Part shown: one piece after another, positions 59,067 through 64,000 of the stretch
Position numbering within the stretch: position 1 is the first letter of the stretch
How the letters are laid out: each line of letters begins with the position of its first letter
Origin: Eukaryota sp. TZLM1-RC
Lineage: Eukaryota > Protista > Metamonada: BaSk clade
NCBI GenBank assembly: GCA_040285825.1
Contig: JAUPSS010000002.1
Coordinates: 3,100,001 to 3,164,000, forward strand
Reading direction: 5' to 3'
Length of the DNA stretch: 64,000 bases
Program-made: the position numbers and the translations under genes
The notes under the pieces: generated by a model
The model's database searches: none
What the model saw: the letters and a program-made list of their open reading frames with translations, nothing else
Told to the model about the DNA's origin: nothing

Positions 59067-61277
59067 ATGGTCACTATTATTGATACTTTTACATTTGCAG
59101 TTGGAACCATATTTGTTGGTTTACTTATCATTATTGCCATTAGTAGCCTCAAACATCCACAGTAAGTTTACTTATCCTTCGTACCTTACATAATCACAGC
59201 AATGAGGGGACTATATGGGGCGATTGCAGCAGCAATTCTTGCGGTTGTCTGGTTTTCGATTCTATTCCTCACAGGTGTTGCATGGGTATTTGCCTTCATT
59301 CCCTTTATTATAGGGGCTGTTTTGGGCCTCCTTTTAGCACGCCTTGTTGCAATGACATCTTTACCGTAATGTCTTCCATCTGTTTGCTTACTGTAGCCAA
59401 ATGGTTGCTCTGCTGAACGGATTAGGTGGTTTAGCGGCAGTACTGCTTGCATTTGCTACATTTTACGAACCAGGGCTTGCAACTACGTTACCTCTTTTAC
59501 TGGCAATATTCTTACCCCTCTGGATTGGTACTGTTACCTTTTTTGGTAGTATGATCGCTGTTGCCAAACTCATCGGGAGGCCCAAAGTTCTTGGTATGTA
59601 CACCTTTAGATTGATCACAGCCAACGATTATCCTGGTCCTCTAAGAATGTTTGCCTTCCTTTTATCATTTGTCGCACTTGTCCCATTGTTGGTCTTGTTC
59701 TTGATTTTAGCCACTATGGCATCTTTTCTCGGGCTATGGATTCTATTGGCTATAGCGGTTGTCAGCGCGATAATGGGCGTGTATGTACTATGACTTCACT
59801 TACCGAAGCCTATTTGTCATTGGGATTGGGGGTTTGTTACAGATTGGATTTACTGATTTTAGGTGGTATGTTTCTTCTTCTATCCTGCTAACACTAGCTG
59901 ACATGCCTGTCGCAATTTCAATACTCAACTCATTGTCTGGAGCAGCTGGAACCACAGCAGGTTTCATGGTTCGAAATGATCTGGTTGTCATTATCGGAGC
60001 CATTGTTTTCGCTTCAGGTGCAATCCTCGCGTGGCTGATGGCACGTGCAATGAATAGAAATCTAGGAAGGGTTTTACTTGGACAATGGACAGGTACAGCG
60101 GCTACTTCCACTAAAGCAGAGAAAACACGAACACAAGAATGGAAAGCTGAAGACGTTGCCCGTGCTCTTTCTCAGGCCAAGCGTGTGATGATTGTACCAG
60201 GTACTGCTTCTCTCTTTCTCATCTTATTTCAGGTTATGGTCTTGCTGTCTCCAGGGGTATTGTTCTTGTTGAATATTGCTCATTTCAGCGTATTGTAACC
60301 TTCTCAACTCACCTCAGCCAATTTGCTTGTCAGGAACTTGTTGAGTTTTTGCAATCCAAGGGTGTCAAAACTGTTTGTTATAAATCCATTTCTCTCACCA
60401 CATACCTATGTCTCTCATCCTGTTGCTGGACGAATGCCAGGACATATGTCTGTTCTGCTTGGTGAAGCTCGGTTTGGTCCTATTTCCCTTCTACTCATTT
60501 CAGTGTTCCATGGAAGCAGATTCAAGATGTTGATGATGCCAACAGAGAAATTGAAGGTGTAGACGTTTGTGTTGTGGTTGGAGCGAATGACACTGTTAAC
60601 CCTGCTGCCATTGATGATCCACAGTCTCCTATTGCTGGTATTGAAATCCTTCCACACTAACTACAGGTATGCCAATCATAGAAGCTCACCGTGCCAAAAG
60701 AGTGGTAATGATCAAGCGTAGTCTTGGATTTGGTTACGCCAAGATTGATAACCCCCTGTGGTATAGAAGTAATTGCTACATGATGTTTAGTGATGCAAAA
60801 CAGGCCTTAGAAGGTATTCGCGACGCTTTACCTTCAGATTTTAAAGCGGGCGGTGCCAAGCATGTAGTTTCTGAAGAAGTTGTGGATAAGGAAATAGTAG
60901 AGGAGGAAGAGGTGTTGACTTGGGCTGGCCTCGACATTGATCGCCGAACCAAAATCTTCGTTCCAAAAGAGGTATTCAAAGATGAAACACGGGTTGCATT
61001 AGTTCCTGAACATGTCAAAAAATTGTCAAAAATGGGATTCATGGTTTATGTTGAGAAGGGCGCAGGAGAGAGGGCAAAATTTGATGATTTAGCTTATTTA
61101 AATTCAGGGGCCGTCATTGTGGATAATTTTGACGAGGGGGTAAAATTACTAAAAAACGAACAGGATTTTGTAACTGTGTATGAACCGGTGCAGGAAGATG
61201 AGACGAGTAGTGGTCATACAGAAAGTGGTGAAGTTTATGATGATGAAGATCAAGAAGTTGACATGTTGGCGCCCTAA
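59067..61277 (+). CDS. NAD(P) transhydrogenase, beta-linker-alpha fusion, 12 introns, interrupted in the alpha part by an LTR element
   Basis: Spliced model gives HPHTAMRG, MTSLPQMVALLNGLGG, IGGADMPV, MNR, PGYGLAVSRAQ, HPVAGRMPGHM, GANDTVNPAA, GMP, KRSLG.GYA, then alpha N-terminus VPKE...ETRVAL.P...VEKGAG. Introns: 59162-59194, 59366-59396, 59594-59620, 59781-59808, 59832-59862, 59866-59897, 60201-60232, 60257-60288, 60290-60317, 60373-60403, 60472-60503, 60638-60666. Confidence 0.9.
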
Positions 61278-61419
61278 GGCTTATATAATATGAATAGAAA
61301 ATAAATCAGACTTTTCTTTACTACAATAGACTTTAGGCAACAATAATTATTGGCCATTTTAAAGTCAAAAGGTATACCATAACTTCAGCATTAGTGAACA
61401 TCTTCAGACACTTTACAGC

Positions 61420-64000
61420 ATGTCAGACATCTCCCAACCAGATATCTCTGACTCTAATCCACCACTTAATATGCAGCAGGTACCAGCGTCACATACACAT
61501 GATATAGAGGGCAACGAGGCAACGGACCCGGATCCCACCTCCCCCTCCCTTAATGTAGAAGAAGATGAAAGAGTGGACGAGGTCCCTCCATCTTCAACAA
61601 CAGAAGAGGTAACGAGAACGGACCCGGCTCCCTCTCCCCTCAGGAAAAAAGAAACAGAAGAGGTAACGAGAACGGACCCGGCTCCCTCTCCCCTCAAAGC
61701 AATGGAAGAGGCAACGAGAACGGACCCGGCTCCCTCTCCCCTCAGGAAAAAGAAACAGATGAGGCAACGAGAACGGACCCGGTTCCCTCTCCCCTCAGGA
61801 AAAAAAGAAACAGATGAGGTTACGAGAACGGACCCGGCTCCCTCTCCCCTCAAAAGCAATGGAAGAGGCAACGAGAACGGACCTGGCTCCTCTCCCCTCC
61901 CAATTCTAGAACCTGTCTCAAAGGGAACGGATGGAGATCCCACCTTAGACACGTCTTCCCCATTAGGAGAATATGAAGAAATTCAATCTCAACTAGATGA
62001 AATGGAGGGAGAAGACGACTCTTCTGAGGGGTTCTACAAGTTATTAAGAGAGGACGCGGAGGCTTACCTCGAACCAACAGATTTCTGTCTGTTCGAGCAA
62101 CTTCCCCTTTATGGAGTTACGTTCAAAAAAAGAGGCAGAAACGTTGGTTTTCAGACCCTCGGAATGATTGGGGATACCCAAAAGGTATTGGAAATTCCCC
62201 TCAATGAAAGGAATGAACTCATAAAGGCACTCGATAAATTGAGTAGAGAGACATTCGGGCGTAACGCAGAACGCCGCCCCAGAATCTCTGGAATGGACAA
62301 GAGAATCAATGAATTGATGTCTCTTCCCATCAAAGATAGATTGGATTGGAAGGCCTCCTTCCTAGATCAATACGGCAGGAGAATAAGGTTTCTCTCCATC
62401 GAACAGAGAAGTAGGACCGACTCGGAAGACATCCTACAATCCAAATTGCCTGCCTGGTTTGATCCTAACTTTGATACGGAAATCCATAATTACACGGAGC
62501 TGACAGAGGGTGCACCCACATATTTTAGGGAATTTATGGAGCAGGAGGATAGTAGTGAACTAGACAAGCTTGAACCAGTAACCCCCTGGTTTGATGCAGA
62601 CGCTCTAAATAACATTCATACGGAACGATCAGCTGTATCCACGTATAGGAGCCGTCCTAACAACTACACCCAACAACATGGTAACTCGTTCACAAAACAA
62701 CGAGAGTTTAGACAATGGGTAACGGGAGATCCATCCACATCTCTCCACCTTCCCAAACTGCCTGTTGTAGCCCCTATAATTTCTGAAAAAAGCCAACCAA
62801 TACAGGTCTGCTCTATCGACAGCATACCCGATCATGTTCCAACAGTGAACGTCCCGGAACCTGTAACAAGACAAGACGTTGCACCTCAGGAAGAACCAAC
62901 TTCCTCTCAACCCATGGAAAGTGAAATTGGAGAAGACATTGAGTTGAACGGGCCAGTCGTTGGAGAAACGGCTCCTTTTCAACCCTCAGTAAGAGACTCT
63001 TCTTCCGATAGACCTATGCGTATTGAGGACCTACAATCCTCAAGAAGAGCTATTGACATGAGCATAGCTAGTAGCCTTCATAGACAGATTGATCCACGGT
63101 CTAAGGATATCGACTATAAAAGACCTCGATTATCCGCTGATGACCCTATTAACAAAATGTCTATCATAGCTTTTCTTTTAAAATTTCAAACTTGGGATAA
63201 ATACGGGCGAAAGATAGTTAATAGAAGCTTCGAAGCCCCAGGTCAATCAGATTGGACCAGAGCCTTTATGATAGCTACCCAGCTATTTGGAGAAGGCCAA
63301 GCAGAAATAACCCAAGATAGGATTAAAGATCTCCCCAAACATATACGCGACGAGATCACCAGGGATACAACACAGCCTTTGGTAAGGATTGATCCAGCTA
63401 TAACAGATAAGCTCGGACCCCCAATCCACCATTATGATTTATTTAGGAGCATGATGATGAGCACTTGCCCCACAGGAATATCCAGCATGATCGACCCTAG
63501 CCTTCTATCTAGATGGCAGAGTCAAGGTTTACTCGGTGTTGATTATACCGACGCCGACGTCATGGTATTTCTGTTAAAAAGAACGCAATTCACATCATAT
63601 CATGAGGCTTGTACAGCTCTAATGAAGCCTAGAATAAATTGGAGGAAAATCCACAATAGGCATGAGGCTGACAACGAGTTTGGTCGTTATGTAGAAGATT
63701 TTGGAGACGTCTTGAGAATGACCACCTACATGACCGACCTAACCATCCCTGATTTAATTAGAGGAAGCAGTGGGTTGATAACCATATCTCCCGCTCTAAT
63801 AGCCGAGTACTTCCTTATGGGTCTGGATAACTTTGCTATATCAAGCGAACTCCTCCCAGTATGGACTAGGGAAACCTTGTGGGACTCACCGAACAGAACA
63901 ACTCTACTCGATTTGATATCGACAACGAGAAGACATTTCCTCGCTTGGTGTTACACAGCAGGAAACAAGCCCACAATGGATGTACTAAGGAACAGGGCTA
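61420..64000 (+). CDS. Retroelement ORF1 (gag position), at least 860 codons, open to the window edge
   Basis: Manual frame-1 translation from ATG 61420 (MSDISQPD...) has no stop through 64000. It is absent from the ORF track, presumably because it has no stop in the window. Confidence 0.88.
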   Translation, partial: MSDISQPDISDSNPPLNMQQVPASHTHDIEGNEATDPDPTSPSLNVEEDERVDEVPPSSTTEEVTRTDPAPSPLRKKETEEVTRTDPAPSPLKAMEEATRTDPAPSPLRKKKQMRQRERTRFPLPSGKKETDEVTRTDPAPSPLKSNGRGNENGPGSSPLPILEPVSKGTDGDPTLDTSSPLGEYEEIQSQLDEMEGEDDSSEGFYKLLREDAEAYLEPTDFCLFEQLPLYGVTFKKRGRNVGFQTLGMIGDTQKVLEIPLNERNELIKALDKLSRETFGRNAERRPRISGMDKRINELMSLPIKDRLDWKASFLDQYGRRIRFLSIEQRSRTDSEDILQSKLPAWFDPNFDTEIHNYTELTEGAPTYFREFMEQEDSSELDKLEPVTPWFDADALNNIHTERSAVSTYRSRPNNYTQQHGNSFTKQREFRQWVTGDPSTSLHLPKLPVVAPIISEKSQPIQVCSIDSIPDHVPTVNVPEPVTRQDVAPQEEPTSSQPMESEIGEDIELNGPVVGETAPFQPSVRDSSSDRPMRIEDLQSSRRAIDMSIASSLHRQIDPRSKDIDYKRPRLSADDPINKMSIIAFLLKFQTWDKYGRKIVNRSFEAPGQSDWTRAFMIATQLFGEGQAEITQDRIKDLPKHIRDEITRDTTQPLVRIDPAITDKLGPPIHHYDLFRSMMMSTCPTGISSMIDPSLLSRWQSQGLLGVDYTDADVMVFLLKRTQFTSYHEACTALMKPRINWRKIHNRHEADNEFGRYVEDFGDVLRMTTYMTDLTIPDLIRGSSGLITISPALIAEYFLMGLDNFAISSELLPVWTRETLWDSPNRTTLLDLISTTRRHFLAWCYTAGNKPTMDVLRNRA
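61603..61899 (+). repeat. Six 45-55-bp tandem repeats (EEVTRTDPAPSPL) in ORF1
   Basis: Core GAGG(T/C)AACGAGAACGGACCCGGCTCCCTCTCCCCTC repeated with alternating short linkers. Confidence 0.9.

Larger units (their letters stand above)
61264..64000 (+). mobile_element. Ty3/Gypsy LTR retrotransposon, 5' part (continues beyond window)
   Basis: 79-bp LTR at 61264-61342, leader, then an uninterrupted ORF homologous to the 5' ends of copies A and B. Confidence 0.92.

Noticed and set aside
61603-61899. Regularly spaced ~36-bp repeats resembling a CRISPR array
   Set aside because: Linkers are short and themselves repeated, the array is protein-coding within a retroelement, and there are no cas genes in this eukaryotic context.
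1-64000. Alternative genetic code to explain the many in-frame stops
   Set aside because: Conserved genes end in TAA, TAG and TGA and have no internal stops after splicing. Stops cluster in transposon relics that also carry frameshifts.

Overview
AT-rich eukaryotic (protist-like) genomic DNA read with the standard code (TAA, TAG and TGA all end conserved genes). Compact host genes are separated by heavily decayed transposon DNA. Host genes: cathepsin B, RPB5, EXD2-type HNH protein, saposin, galactose-binding-like protein, YbaK-like protein, La-motif protein, UBP6/USP14, Fer4_19-CDGSH protein, GlnRS, FG-nucleoporin, Rab-like GTPase, DUF996, Smr protein and a beta-alpha NAD(P) transhydrogenase. 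Main results, all read by hand: (1) A strict micro-intron system. I could place 22 introns of 27-35 nt, all with a branch-type A exactly 7 nt from the 3' end. Three appear to end in AT instead of AG, and the models also need a 1-nt exon, a 3-nt exon and an intron-split start codon. (2) A Ty3/Gypsy family with a chromodomain-like tail, 79-bp LTRs and an ORF1 of at least 860 codons. One apparently intact copy sits inside the transhydrogenase gene, and a three-LTR tandem deletion derivative lies at 5-12.4 kb. (3) Three Fanzor/TnpB-like fragments, one followed by a strongly structured, omegaRNA-like stretch. (4) RLE-type non-LTR retrotransposon debris, a pogo-like deleted element and a MITE. The organism cannot be identified from the window. 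An anaerobic protist is only an inference from gene content.
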